From Podarcis tiliguerta (Eukaryota): a stretch of 64,000 nucleotides of DNA. Below, piece after piece: positions 62,650-64,000 of the stretch. Every line of letters begins with the position of its first letter. The first letter of the stretch is position 1. The position numbers and the translations under genes were made by a program. The stretch lies in the NCBI GenBank assembly GCA_965153285.1, contig OZ229111.1, one strand, 5' to 3'. The notes under the pieces were generated by a model. The model worked only from the letters and a program-made list of their open reading frames with translations, made no database searches and was not told where the DNA came from.

Positions 62650-64000
62650 GGCTCTGCCATAGTACTTTGAATTTGCAGGGTGGGGCTATCTTTGGTTGTA
62701 TGAGAAGACAATCGGCATAGTAGTGTTGATTACTGTATGTTTCGCCTACATACTGCTGGGGGTGTGTGTTGATTTAATCTCAGTTCTGTGCATGTTCAGT
62801 GATGCTGTGCACCTTGAAATTAAGGGAGGGATTTGCTGGTTTATTTCAGGTAGCAAAATGTATTGGACTAGCCCTGATTATCCTGCTCTTCCTCCAAAGA
62901 TGGCATCCATAGTTATCTTCTCCACTCCTGTAGACTAACATTTGTATCAGATAGGTTTGTCTGTGAACCTCCCAGCCATTATTCTGTGACATATCCTGGT
63001 GTGGCCTGTCCCATTTTGCCACCTTGCACATGCTTCATGCACTGCCCACCTCCACTGAAGCCTTGCTTTCTGGGGTTGTGCAGCTGCAACTTCCAGGTTC
63101 AAATAACATCTTTCTAAAACCCAGAAACCGCCACAGCTCCTTCTCTGATAGCAGGGGCATGCATCTGCAGAGGCACCCCTTGGGTTCTATCACCTGAGGC
63201 GGCAGCCTGTCTGCATGGACAGGCCCAGCCCTCGCCATACCACAGGTTATTAGCAGCCTAGGCCAGGAATGGAGAACTTGTGGCCCTGCAGACAGTATTG
63301 GACTGCAGCTCCCATCGCCCCTCCTATTTGGCTGTGCTGTCTGGGACCAATGTAGTGGGACACCAACATCTGGAGCATGAGCTAGGCACTAAGAATTAAC
63401 GTACCAGGGAAAACAGCTCAACTCAAGCCTGTGCTCTACTTGTTCTGTACTGCTTTTCTTCAGATAGAGAGAAATGTGATTCCTGGCCTACCGTCTGAAC
63501 TGCTAAGAGTTCACTTTACCTCCGTATTCTGCATGTGTATCATCAAGCCCCCGTCACTCTTCTTGGCTGCTATCTGGTTGAGCTTCCTAAAATTAATCTC
63601 TTGGAACTTGTTTGGCTGAAGCTCATATGGCTCACACATGCAGCAGACTGAATCGCTTCAGCTGTCAGATCACATTTTGGAATGTGCTTCCTGCCCCCAT
63701 ATAAAATATTCAGCCAGTTAAAAACTAGCACAGCTTGTTGCTCTCTGTTATGCTGCTTTTCAACTTGTAGAGAACTGAGAATTCTTCACATAGCAAAGAA
63801 TTTAGAAATGTGATCCAGCACATACTTATCTACCCGCCTCTTCCTGCAGCACACATAGACTAGGCTCCTTTGGGACTTTTGGGAACAGGGAGCTAAATAC
63901 TGAGTTTAAGCAAATGAAGAGATTTCTTAGAATGCAGAACAAAACCTTAAAATTTAAGCAAAGTTTACGGTAATAATTCTTATTTGGATGAGGCTGGTGC

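Noticed and set aside
1-64000. CRISPR arrays, rRNA, tRNA genes, operons, prokaryote-type systems
   Set aside because: This is intron-containing vertebrate DNA; no repeat-spacer array or structural RNA gene was seen.

Overview
Vertebrate nuclear DNA, almost certainly a squamate and probably a lacertid lizard, judged from Sauria SINE, Squam3-like SINE, BovB and CR1 repeats. The one clear protein-coding gene is GIPC1 on the minus strand. It has six coding exons (52436-52155, 51872-51687, 47540-47360, 34727-34615, 34013-33932, 33684-33533), all with GT-AG introns, totalling 996 nt = 331 aa + stop. A CpG-island promoter and candidate first exon lie at about 60.7-62.2 kb, and a probable 3'UTR of about 1.9 kb runs to about 31.6 kb. 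The left half is non-coding and repeat-rich; a GC-rich exon-like segment at about 9.1-9.35 kb may be the non-coding first exon of the next minus-strand gene (PTGER1 by mammalian synteny; inference). Most ORFs in the track are spurious. I found no demonstrable novel system. Best leads: (i) a Gypsy LTR element collapsed to 559 bp but still bounded by its TSD; (ii) antisense exon candidates nested in the large GIPC1 intron; (iii) a 3n GIPC1 intron that is stop-free except at its own acceptor; (iv) a tandem repeat of about 170 nt with a decayed hammerhead-ribozyme core; (v) a palindromic hAT MITE family dispersing ZNF143-type motifs. Repeat family names come from recalled consensus features, not a database search.
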